DNA of 56,825 nucleotides from Perkinsus olseni (Eukaryota): NCBI GenBank assembly GCA_013115125.1, contig JABANN010000176.1, positions 1 to 56,825 of the forward strand, read 5' to 3'. Shown piece by piece: positions 34,701 to 46,000 of this stretch (position 1 is its first letter; each line of letters starts with the position of its first letter). The notes under the pieces were generated by a model. It saw only the letters and a program-made list of their open reading frames with translations, ran no database searches and was not told where the DNA came from. The position numbers and the translations under genes were made by a program.

Positions 34701-37700
34701 CAACTTTCTTGGATGACCTTGGTCGAGTATGGCTATGCGGGACCTATAAGGTGAGTGCAGCTCGACTGCTTGGGGTAGCGAATCGGGGGTGGGCTTGGAG
34801 AACACTTGGTACGAGTGGGTTACTCTCTGAGCCTAACTACTTGAAGGCGGTATCTTCGTATATTTCTTCCCCTTCTTACCAACTATGCTGTGGAGGCAAT
34901 GGTGGAATAAGTTGAGTTTTTGGTTGTACAGAGAATTGGAATGCACGACGTGCGTCCTGTCACCACAGTCCTCCGACGGGCCGGATTTTTTGTGTCTCAC
35001 ACTGTAGGAATTGCGTGATGTATGATATTCATTTTTGTGGTTATTATTAGTTTTTTCGAATATTAGGAGACGGTCAGGGAAGAGTGAGAAAACAAATTCC
35101 GCGACGCTGATGGGAAATTGCGCAGATTGGTGGTTGTCGTTCTTACTAGTGCGTGCCAGAAAATATCTCTTTGATTGTGTAGGATTCTGCGGGCTACCTG
35201 GGATTCCCAAACTTCATAAAGGGTATGAGCGCGGAGCCGCTGAAGCGCAGCTACGACCCTGTCCGAGTGCCGGGGTTGGGGACGTCGACTAGCCGAGCGG
35301 TGGCAATAGCGAGTGGAGCTAATCATACAGTAGTGGCCGTGGAAAGCAGTAGAGGTGGAAGGAGTTCTACAGCTGCAAGTAGGAGGGATCGAACTGGGGA
35401 CCTCTGAGACGAGAGGATGATTGCTTAACGGCTGGGCTAATTGTGACCGGTGTCTGAGGAGTGGTTTTTCGCTCAGAGAGTCGGATCCTTGAGGTTTATG
35501 CCTGGGGTAATGACGAGTTCGGCCAGCTCGGTCACGGAGGAAGTGGAGATGAAAACCTCACTGGTAATACCAGCTAGATTCGTCTATGCCAGGTGCCGGG
35601 ATCGAACCCGGGTGCTTGGCATGGGAGTTGGTCCTGTCGTTAGAGGAAGAAGCGGTGTTATTGAAGCATACTAGAAGGGCCAAGCGAGCGACCTCCTACA
35701 AGCTGCATCCTCACCCGCTGAGCTGGAACAAAAAGGAGCGAGGCCCGCTTGACCGCGTATATGCTACGGCCAACTGTAATACCTTAACGGGACGGTATTT
35801 TCGGAGTTCGAGATGGTTTTGATTTACGTAGAATTTCATCTATGATTTCGAAAGCGCATATTCATGGCGCTTGTGTTCTTTTTGAGGGGGCACAAGGCGA
35901 GTTGAACCATTTTGTGGTTAATTTATTTTTTGTCGCGCATCTGTAACTGAGTATTTTAACCTGATACCCACGTCCACTTGGAGACGGAATTATCGGTTGT
36001 CAATGTGTAAGTAGCATAAACTGGTTATCAATGGTAAAGTAGCATAAACTGGTTATCAATGGTAAAGTAGCATAAACTGGTTATCAATAGGAAAGTAGCA
36101 TAATCTGGTTATCAATAGGAAAGTAGCATAAACTGGTTATCAATAGGAAAGTAGCATAAACTGGTTATCAATAGGAAAGTAGCATAAACTGGTTATCAAT
36201 GGGAAAGTAGCATAAACAACTCGACCATAATTTGTAGGTACCTTCCTGGTCACTGAGGAGGGGAAGGTGTTTGGCTGCGGGTTGAACAACTTCGCGCAGC
36301 TTGGGCTGGGCAAGACCACTGCCGAACCTATACGTAATAATAAGGGGCGATCTCTCGCGTCGTGGTCTTCTCTCGGTGGTTCTGATGCAGCCGCGTGTAA
36401 CTGGGCAATACGATCGTAGTTGTCAGTGAGGGCGAGTGTCAGTGGTCGGATGAATTACGGGAGGAGTGGTATGGCATCGGTCGTATTCTTAGCACGAGGG
36501 TGGTACGAGTGTTACTAGCCGTGATTGATTGGTGGTATCTTTATGTCATGCTGGTTGATGACAGGTTATCCTGTAGAAATCAGTAGTCTAGCTTCGGACA
36601 CGCTTGGATCTCCGGTGAAGGAAATAGTGGGAGGGAGTTTCCATACGGTTGCATCGACGAAGGCTGGAGAAGTGTAAGATGAGGACATCTTGGTCGTCTT
36701 GCTGATCTTGCATTTTCTCAACACATTAGGTTCACGTGGGGTCGACGCGACTACTCTGGATTGGGCGGAGGAAGCGAAGATGTGACGACCCCGACGAAGC
36801 TGAAGTTGACAAATATTACACATGTCGCCGCTGGCGGCTCTCATGTAAGTTGGTAATCGAGAGGTCCCTGGTTCGATTCCTGGGTATGGCATTTTAGGCA
36901 CTTGCATGCACGACCAGTGGGGATTTCTATACCTGGGGATTTGGTGAGACTCACCAGCTTGGTAATTGCCCCCGGGACATATCCAAAGGTAGAACCATGG
37001 AAGATACGGAATAGGTCGGGAGAGAGTCCACTGGCCTATGGTTCAGGTGCGACGAGTTCCACTGATGCGACTGATGAACTCTCGCCTTACTTGGTCCAAA
37101 GTAAACAACTCGAGTCGAAGTTTGTCCTCCAGGTGAGATATCGATCGCGTGATCGATTTAGTATTTCTCACTCAGGGCGGGAAAAGAGTCTTCTAATATC
37201 TAGGTTCATTTGGAACTGATCATGTAATTATAATTTTAATATTGAAATCACTTTGTAGGTTATATAAAAGTTTTACTATATAGTAAGCGTCGACTTTTCG
37301 CGTGGTACTTATTAGCAAAAGAGTGCCTCCTTAGAAGTGATAGAATAACCGTTAAATATCTGTGTGTTTTGGATGGTATCAATTCCCGTTAACGGGGCCT
37401 GCTTGGAGATGGTGAGGGTGCAATCGATCATCGATCATTCATGGTTCACTCTATGGACGATCGATTGGACATGATAGTTGAATCTTTGGAAGATTTTCCC
37501 AAAGTTGTACAGAATACTCGGGGTAGTTACGTATTGTTCAGGTTGGTGGAGGATCCCAGCATTCGGTAGAGCTGGCGTGGACTGGTAGTAGCGTTGAGAG
37601 GGAGGGGCATATGGCACAGAGTGTGAAGACAGCAGCTCGGAGGATCAAAGCTGGGGAGATAAAGGGTGGGCATCTTTGGTTCAAGCTGGCAAATGGCGGG

Positions 37701-38892
37701 AGAGGTTCGAACGCTTGTTAGACGTCGCTTACTACTAATAATGCGTTACTAGATATCAGGAAAATCGTATTTTTTTCGGGAGCCGTCGAGGGCTGTTTCT
37801 CGCGTTGCTGTTGTATTTGGCAAGACCGTCGGTATTCCTATCCTCTTAGGGGCCGAGCGGAAGAGCTCGTAATTGTATTAATCGTAGAACATGAGTAGAG
37901 AGCCCTTCAGTGGTTCATCGTTCCATGGAAACGATAGTTCATAGAAAGATATCATCATAGGAATATCATAGAAATTTCCGAAGTTGACTCCATAGCGATA
38001 GATGGTGTCCCTTCTTTGCGTCAGATGTGTGGCTAGGGGCTGATGATCTGTTGGGCCGAGAAGTGATGCTGGATGATGGCACGGAGGGGAAGATAACATC
38101 GAAGGAGAAGATGAAGGATGATAGCGATCCGAAGCACGTTTACCATCGGTAAGGGGCTGTGTCAGAATTAGAGGGACGCCCCTTTTGTGCCAGAAGTGCT
38201 TTGCGTGTTTTTACGTCTGTCGTGTACACGAGAGAAGGCCTTTCTTAAGATGTGCGGTTGATATACCGTAAGAAGTATCTTTACCATTATTGAGGAGAGG
38301 ATACATAGAGCTTTGTGATGAAGAGCTCGGATGGAAATATGATTCACTTTCGCGCGCGCCCGTGAGAAGCTGAACCGATCGGCTTCAACGGGAATGGAAA
38401 ATTTCGTCAACATTGAGGTTGATGGGGTGAGAGGAAATGGATTTGAAAGTTCACGGAATCGATAACGAAATTTGATTTACTTTGCGCCTGAAACGCTCGA
38501 CTTCAACTGAAATGAAGAATGCATCTCAAAATCGAAAAAATAGCAGCATAAAATATCAAGATTTTTTCGGACCGTGAAGTCGAAAGTGGTTTTGTGAACT
38601 TATGAAAGCGTATTAAGCTCACGATTATCAGATGGTTCTACATCGTCACCATACCTCCCTCGGAGCCCCTCGGAGCAGCAGCAGCGGAGCCAGCACCGAA
38701 GAGACGGCGAACGGCGTCTGGCCGGCCTAGCTCAGCGTCGTCTGTATCTAGTATGGGCGAAGGGGGCAGCCACAAGGCTTCGACGAGGTTAGGGGTTGAG
38801 GGGGAAAGCGCGCGCCCTGGTGATGGATTTGTTGTTGTTTCAGAGTTCTTAGAGCGAAGGAGGCCAAGGAGGCTGTTGAGAGGAAGGAATAG
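31736..38892 (+). CDS. RCC1: RCC1-family Ran GEF-like protein with N-terminal RanBP2-type zinc finger and FxFG motifs, multi-exon; last exons approximate
   Basis: WRCDGCFCRNKKEDVICVVCEA; RCC1 repeats VYVHGSGECEQLGLGDAVLERRKP, IAVGALHTLAL, FSWGCNDDGALGR, IAAGDNHSTFL, IASGANHT, VYAWGNDEFGQLG, VFGCGLNNFAQLG, VAAGGSH, VGGGSQHS; C-terminal PAPKRRR is NLS-like. Confidence 0.85.
35379..35476 (-). other. Intron with a nearly full-length degenerate tRNA (antisense)
   Basis: Reverse complement ...TTAGCCCAGCCGTTAAGCAATCATCCTCTCGTCTCAGAGGTCCCCAGTTCGATCCCTCCTAC. Confidence 0.65.
35564..35643 (-). other. Intron containing a tRNA 3'-half (antisense)
   Basis: + strand TGCCAGGTGCCGGGATCGAACCCGGGTGCTTGGC. 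Confidence 0.8.
35993..36217. repeat. 28-bp minisatellite (~8 units) in an RCC1 intron
   Basis: GTAGCATAAACTGGTTATCAAT(G/A)G(T/G)AAA-type unit starting at 36011, 36039, 36067, 36095 and onward. Confidence 0.95.
36845..36897 (+). other. Intron containing a tRNA 3'-half (sense)
   Basis: GTAAGTTGGTAATCGAGAGGTCCCTGGTTCGATTCCTGGGTATGGCATTTTAG; removal restores AGGSH|ALAC. Confidence 0.9.
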
Positions 38893-39039
38893 AAAATACA
38901 TTGGCATTGGGAAAGTTGCATAAACGTCGCGCACGCGAAAGAATATAATTCCCATCACTACGGTCACATTATGAAGCTTCGAAAGGTATTTGGTGATGAG
39001 ATTTCGTTTCTTAATAGTGGCGTCTGGGATGGATCGGTG

Positions 39040-39102
39040 GAGGTTGAGTCGTGGAAGATACGCAGAGGTTGAGTCGGGGAAGATACGCAGAGGTTGAGTC
39101 GA
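39040..39102. repeat. 25-bp tandem repeat, ~2.5 copies
   Basis: GAGGTTGAGTCG(T/G)GGAAGATACGCA repeated. Confidence 0.8.
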
Positions 39103-39292
39103 AGAGTGACCAAAGTGGAAGATATTTGGGTCTCTTTTGGAATTCGACTGTTGGGCGGTTTTTTTCACGCACTTTTACTAAGACGTTGTATTGGAAGAAG
39201 TTTTCGATAGAATCGTCTTCTAACTTCTGAGGGTTCGTCGTTTATGTCCTTGCAAGCCTTCCCGATGTTTTGCCGGCTACTGCGGGAGGATT

Positions 39293-42200
39293 GATGATGG
39301 ACCATGAGGAAGTCGAGCAAGCCGGGGTGATAGAACGGGAATTGGTGTGGGTGTGGGTGGTATCTTTGATGCCGTTTAGAAGATGAATTGTGAAGGAGGA
39401 GGAGGGCTTGGGGCATCGCCTTCCTATAGAGGCTCTTATGCTAGTATTGTGGTCAACGCGAAAGGTAATAGTAGGGCGGTTGGATGGCTGGCTTACCAAA
39501 GTAAAGAAAACGCGGCTCTGAAAAGCAACTATCAGGGTAGGAGTGAGCAGCCATAGACAGCACCCTGTAGTAGGGTTTGCGATCTCATTGATTGGGGTTG
39601 ATCGGTTTACCGTCGATCGGGCGACCGTTAGTTGTATGATCCATTCGACCAGGGACGACGTTCTCCTTGATCACTCGGTCTACCTCGTCTCGTCCCAACG
39701 TTAGCGGTTTATCGTCGATCGGGCGACCGGTGGAGTTGACGAAATTTGGGTATTAGGTTTCGAGAATATATTTCCCGCTGACTCATTTACTTTAACGTTG
39801 AAGTGCCCGGACGATCGATTTGGTGCGGCTCAGGTGAACCGTGGCGATATGAGGACTACCAGCTGGGGGATTTGTGGATACCCATGGGAGGTCCTCCAGT
39901 CGATAAGGCTGCACATTTTGATTTGCCTGATGACGGCGGGGAGGTGGTGGGAGGTAGTGAGGGAGGGGTGTGATCGGGCTGAGAATTTTTATCTGATCGA
40001 GAAACTTTCGGATCAGCTTTAGAATACCGCCTTTTTTGTGAGGGATAATTTTTGCGCGTTTTGCTATTAATGAGGGCGGCGTGAATAAGATTGCAAATCT
40101 GGCTTCTGTCCGATTTGGATTGGCGAAAATTGAATTTGTGTTGTTCGCACGAATCTCGGACCGGGCCGATTGTATGCCAAGATTCTTTCTCGCTTGAGAT
40201 TTGTATGCTAAGAATCTTCAACTGAAGATTCTTTCTCCGTTCGACCGAGATGGATCGGAATTATTACCGCTCGAAGAGTCCGGTGAACATAAATCACGAG
40301 AAAATCTGAGTTTTCGTCGTGTGTGAAGAGACTGACTGATTGAGAACCCCTCAAGCCGCGGGGTTCGCCATCTGCAGTCTAATCAGCGTAATGAATAGAA
40401 TTCGGCTCATGATGGGATCAGCGAGAACATTACGAGAGGATGTTGCGTTCAGACGAAATCATCCTTTCCGAATTCGTCGTTAACTTTGTGAAGAACCCTC
40501 CGGATTTGGCGAGGCGGTTGTTGGTTCTGGTCGTGTTAACTATTCTCGAAATCACCGTTACCAAGGTGAGTGGGCGAAATATGTCGCGCGCCACGAAATT
40601 GTTAGGCGATGCCCTCGTCTCTGCCTGGATGGACGCCTTTGGTGACGGAGATGAGTTATCTGGAGAGGAAGAGCAAAGACGCGTAAGTCGACTGGGTGGG
40701 TTCTTTTCGGATTCAATTTCTCGATGGAATTTTGGTAAGATGAACCGATGGTATCTTGGGTTGAAGGCGGTTCTGGATAAGTAATAATCGATTACTGATT
40801 TTTCTGGCGTGATAATATCCGCCGCCATAGCAGTGCGATGAGTCATTTTCGTTTACCTATGCTGGCTCTGCCTTGCCTGTGTCTCGATAGGGTAGCCTTT
40901 CCCTGTGGTGATTTATTGAAGGAGTGGTATCGAAGAGAATGAGTCGATGAGATCTGCTGTGGATGCCACACCCTTCAGGTGTGGCATGCCTTGGAAGATT
41001 GGATTCCGAGTACTGGTGGAACCATTGTTCGCCTATGGTAAGTCGCAGGTATTTGAGATTGGCAGCAGCTCGGTGTCGTGGTTATATGAAAGAGAGGATA
41101 CCATCCTGTTTTGATACTCAACTAGTTGAGTATGACCATATGATGTATATTTTCGTGAGGGGACGCGCAATGATGGGTATCTTAGGTCGAAGCATGCTTT
41201 TAGTAATCTTGGCTTCTTCGTTCAGGCGGCATCGCTCTGATGGTATCTTGTGTTCTTGGCCGAGCTTTCCTGATGCTGTTCCTTCCTGATGGCGGCGTCT
41301 TTCTGGATTCCCTAGTGCTCACAATTCTGCCGAGTGTTGCTTGTAATTTAGCCGCTCTTACGCTATTCGGAAGGGTGCCAAGGTACGCCGGGAAGGGGTG
41401 TGGGGAGGATTTGAACCGGGGACCTTTTGGATAAGAGCGCTCCTTTCAGCCCAGTGGCCCACACGAGCTTTGTATCAGCATTGTTTGGCGTGTTAGTACA
41501 GAGGATTTTCCAAGTACTGTTGTATCGCAAGCGGAAGAAGGGTTCTAATCCAGTGGGGGTAGGCGGAGCGAAGCGAAAATGGTATCTAGTATTTTTCCGT
41601 CTTTCAGGTCGTCTTGCAATTTTTGTCACTCGGAGTGGTCCTTTACTCTATGAGTGTCGTACTTGCCGTGATAACCGCGGATATGTTTCTCGCGGTTGAG
41701 CCTAAGATACCATCGATACCAGCTAAAGCAACTTTTGCGGCCATCATCTTTGGTAATAAGGTTACTCGGTCGGTAGCCATTAATCTGAATCTTCCTTTCT
41801 CCTCTGAATAACCCTACGCTGGTGATGCAGTTTTTACGACCGTGGGAAGGTGGGAGAGGCGTGTCCTCTGGTCACAAGAGAATGCCTGTCACCGAAATTC
41901 GCGCTTCATCGCAGTCGTTGACGTGTTCGTTCAAGCACTGCATCAAAGCGTCCAAGGAAACGTTTCAACGTCAATCGTTTGGCAAAGCGTATTCCATTTT
42001 GTAGTGATTGTTCGGCGTCCTTCCGTTGATCATACTAGTACGGCGAATGTGCCATGTTATTTTCGCGTTTCTCGCGTCTCTTTCGTCGTCATGGTTGTCG
42101 ATATGATGGGGGGTTTACCGGTCCGCACGGCTTGCAGGCTCATCGTCTGGCGCGGCGTTCTCGCGTTTGCCGAGGAGGGCGGTGCTGCCATCCTGGGGGA

Positions 42201-42366
42201 AATTGTCTCCTCGGAAAAGAAGACAAAGGAAGGAGAGGAGAAAAGTCGCGAGGAAGATACTGGTACTAGTGGCAGACTCTGTCGGGACTACAGCACTTTT
42301 TATAGTACAATAGTAGCAAACGTGTGTGGCGAGGCTTTCGCGGCGAAGGGCCACAACTCGCGCTAG
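39293..42366 (+). CDS. Multi-pass membrane protein of unknown family, multi-exon; ends approximate
   Basis: Spliced hydrophobic exons: RRLLVLVVLTILEITVTK, GIALMVSCVLGRAFLMLFLP, SFVSALFGVLVQRIFQVLL, VLQFLSLGVVLYSMSVVLAVITADMFLAV. Confidence 0.5.
41383..41435 (-). other. Intron containing a tRNA 3'-half (antisense); the donor may be 41375
   Basis: + strand GGGGAGGATTTGAACCGGGGACCTTTTGGATAAG. Confidence 0.65.
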
Positions 42367-43008
42367 CGAAATTAGGATCCCAGGTTCGATCCCCGCGAGT
42401 GTCGTGATGTTTGATATATAATTAATTTGTAATTACTATTACTGTGTGATACTATTACTATTGTATAGTATAGTAATTATAAAGTAATTCTTAGAATTTT
42501 CGGCTTGCGATGGGATGCTCGACAACTCGTTGTTGATTATTCGACTCCTGCGTCTTTGAGCCAGGACTGATGCTTCTGGAGAATCGGGTTGTCGATAAGT
42601 GTCATAAGCATGCTTCGACCTTAGATATGCCTCCGATACATAAGGGCTTCGGCGAGAGCGTGGCTGTTGTTGGTCGGAATCTTCCTGTTGTTGATGTTCT
42701 TCAAACTCTTCACTCCGCCATGTCAAAGGATCTGAGATGTCGCTGTGAGAACGGCTCAGGGTTTGTTCCAGTTGGGTCAATTAAAGGGCGCGTGACGGTT
42801 GAGCCGGGGATACCCGAGCGTCATAGTATAAATATTTGTAGCAGTGAATAATATCCTCGACAACTGACTAATTACGATACCAAATCTTTCGAAACTCCTG
42901 GGAAATTTCCGGTCGCATGCCGAAAACAGTATTGGCTGTTGCAACTACTGGGCGCGCGAAATACATATCTCGAAGATACCTCCCTGACGAGCCGCTATTG
43001 TTGCTGTC

Positions 43009-46000
43009 ATGTCGACGACGTCTTCTGAACTCCCGTCCGTCCAGCCCGGGGATGTCGCCTGGGTGCCGTGGAGAAGGCACGGTTACCGTCTGGCCACGAT
43101 CGTCTCTCTCACCTCGAGGGGAGCCCATATCGAATTCAAGGATTTGCGCGCTGATAAGAGCGCAGGGGGGAGCAGGAAGTCTTCTGTGGGAGGGACGAAG
43201 ATAGTGCCGTTAAATCAAATTAAAGTTTATGATAAGACGATTGATGAGGCTCGCGGTCACTCGGATGTGACCATGCAGACCCACATAGACGAAGCGAATA
43301 TTCTGCATAATATGGAAGTGCGATATGGTGAAGATTTGGTATACACTTACGTGAGTAGCGTGCTGTTGGCTGTGAACCCGTACAAACAGCTCGGCGGGGA
43401 GGAGAGGATGGCAGAGTATTGGCAGAAGCCGCCGCACACGATGCCTCCTCACCCCTATGCGATTGCGGAGGCTGCCTATCGGAATTTTGTAAGGACGGGA
43501 TGGTGGGAGTTGCGGAAAGTGTGGTATGGGTTTCAGATTTCGACGCAGCGGTCACAGGCGATTCTGATTTCTGGGGAGTCGGGCGCGGGAAAGACAGAAA
43601 CGGCTAAGATAGTAGCATCGTATCTGGCTAAGAAACAGACCAGCGGCTGGGCGGAAGATACGCCGCAAGTAGTTTTGGGGCAGTTGTGGTATTATTGCCA
43701 CCCTCGGTGACCTCCCTTCCTGCAGGTCCATTCGATCACGGGACAAGTGCAGCACACAGTCACGGAGCTCTACGATAAGGTGAGGGTGTGGTATATTGGT
43801 CTGAGGCAGATGAATCCTGGTTTGCTCTTGAGGGGTGGGGGGCTGAAGTGAATGTACGCGTATTAGCGCTATATTGTTGTTGGATTTCGCATCACGCAAG
43901 GTTCGAGGTAAGATACGCAGGACCGCGTCCACACAGGTGCTGAGGGCTAACCCTATTTTGGAGGCCTTCGGAAACGCCAGGACGGTTAGAAACAACAATA
44001 GTAGCCGGTAAGAGCTCTACCGATAGTACTGCTGAGTCGCTATTTTGCCTGGGCCAGGTTCGGGAAGTATTCGTCGTTGTGGTATACTAAAAGCGGGCGC
44101 CTAGTCTGCGCGTCTTTGACACCTTTCCTGCTCGAGAGTGCGAGGGTTACCAGTCACGCTACGGGGGAGAGGTGGGCAGGAATTTTGTGGCGCAGTGACG
44201 CTGACTTTGTTAGGAATTATCATGTCTTCTACCAGCTGTTGGCGGGCTGCAGTGAGGAGCAGCAGGAAAAGTTGAGGCTGAGAGGAGACGATGGTGCGTA
44301 ACTTAGGTTGATCCGAGTTTCCGGCATGACGATCAGGTCGTGACTATGTTCTCACTAACCAAGGAGGGGAGTCTGTTGTCAGCAACGAACAGCGCGATCA
44401 TGATGCTGCTAAATTTGCCGAGCTCTGTGAGATGCTGGAAAATTTTTGGGCGAATTTTTGGAAAAAATTAAGGGTTAGAATATTCAAAGATCTCAGAACT
44501 TATGACCGTAGACGAATTGGGACGAGAGGAGTTCCTCCCGCCCATTTGATTGATGGTATCGCTGGTTGTTCTCTGAAGAGTCAGCGATCTCTGCTTTCTT
44601 CAGGCGAATCTTTGACATCGGTAGGAGTCACGGAGGAAGACCAAAGGTAAGATACGTCAGTGGTGTGGAGGAGACGCTGTGTATCAGTGATATCTTCTCG
44701 ATTGTCTCGGCATTGCTTTTGCTGGGCGGAGTTGAATTTGAAGAGGATAAGGAAGAGGATGATGAGGAGGAGGAAGGAGGTGACTCTGCTCTTGGCCATA
44801 CTCTCGAGGGCTCGGGAAGGCTTAATTGGCCTTTGGCTATGACCTCGGGTTGATTCGGTGTCTCACTTGATATTCTGAGGGTACACGTGGGTTGCGGTTA
44901 CCTCACTGCACCGGTGGTCGACCTAAGATCCGCCACTCCAGTCGTGATTCACGCGATAACGGTGATTGTTGTTGCTTTGTCTTGAAGGTCACGAGGAGGG
45001 AGCTGGAGGGGAACCAAGTCAGGCGGAGCCTGAACCGCCATCCCAAGGAGGAATGGACACGAGTAGGGGTCTGTTCCGTATCCTGCACGGTTAACCTGAA
45101 GATATCTTGTGTCAGCCTCCAACTTAGTAGCAAACGACTTTCTCCTCCTCGACGACGCTGCGTCCCTTCTGGGATTGGACACGATGCTGCTCAATAAAAC
45201 ACTGTTGTGAGAACCTCGCTCCGCTCATTTGGTGGGACACTCGCTTCGACCTAAGATACCGTCGAATGAAGCTAAATAATGCTGCAAGTTCATATCAAGT
45301 AGCCCGAACTCCGGAACAGGTAAGCTTCACACTCGGTGCACGTGATGCAGCTTTATTCGGCATAGTGGACATGCCGGGGATTGAACCCGGGACCCCGTGT
45401 TGTGGATCAGGTGACACAGTCCCTGAACACGCTCATCAGAGTGATCTATGCCCGATTGTTCGAGCGCATCGTAAAGAAGGTAAATGCTCTGATGGGATAT
45501 AATGACGGATCGAATGATATGGAGAGACTCTACAATCACATTGGAAGTAACTTTAGAGGGAGTTGAGAAATCTTAGCGGAGCTAAGTTTTGGTTTTGACT
45601 GATGCCTCTCCAATAGAGGAAAGGTTTCGCATCTCCTTCTGTTGTGGCAGCGTGCTCCACCCCGAGCCCTAGGACATTCGAAGAAAAACTATCGGTCTTT
45701 CCACTGGGTATTGGAGTCTTCATCCAGCCCTAGTCGTCAGAGCAATCGAGATGATTCGGTGACTCGTGCGAGGGAGACCACCTACTAGGTGTCACACCTG
45801 GGGTTTGATACGCCCAAGGTGGGACCTGCGGTGTATGATACCTCACTTAGTGGGCGATATGTTAGGCGTGTGAGATCACTATATAAGAACTTTAGCTTTC
45901 TAACGCAGGAACAGCGACTGTACTGGTCAATGACATGGTCAGAGCCCCTTTCGGGTGTCGGTAACTATCTAGAACGAACGGTATAAGGTCTTAGATGGTG

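Noticed and set aside
39603-39729. 25-bp direct repeat CGGTTTAYCGTCGATCGGGCGACCG after TAGGG as a second hAT MITE
   Set aside because: No matching right terminus or TSD found
41771-41780. CGGTAGCCAT here, and TTGGCTCAA at 13359, as spliced-leader relics
   Set aside because: Only 8-10-nt partial matches to the Perkinsus/dinoflagellate leader, and neither lies just upstream of a start codon
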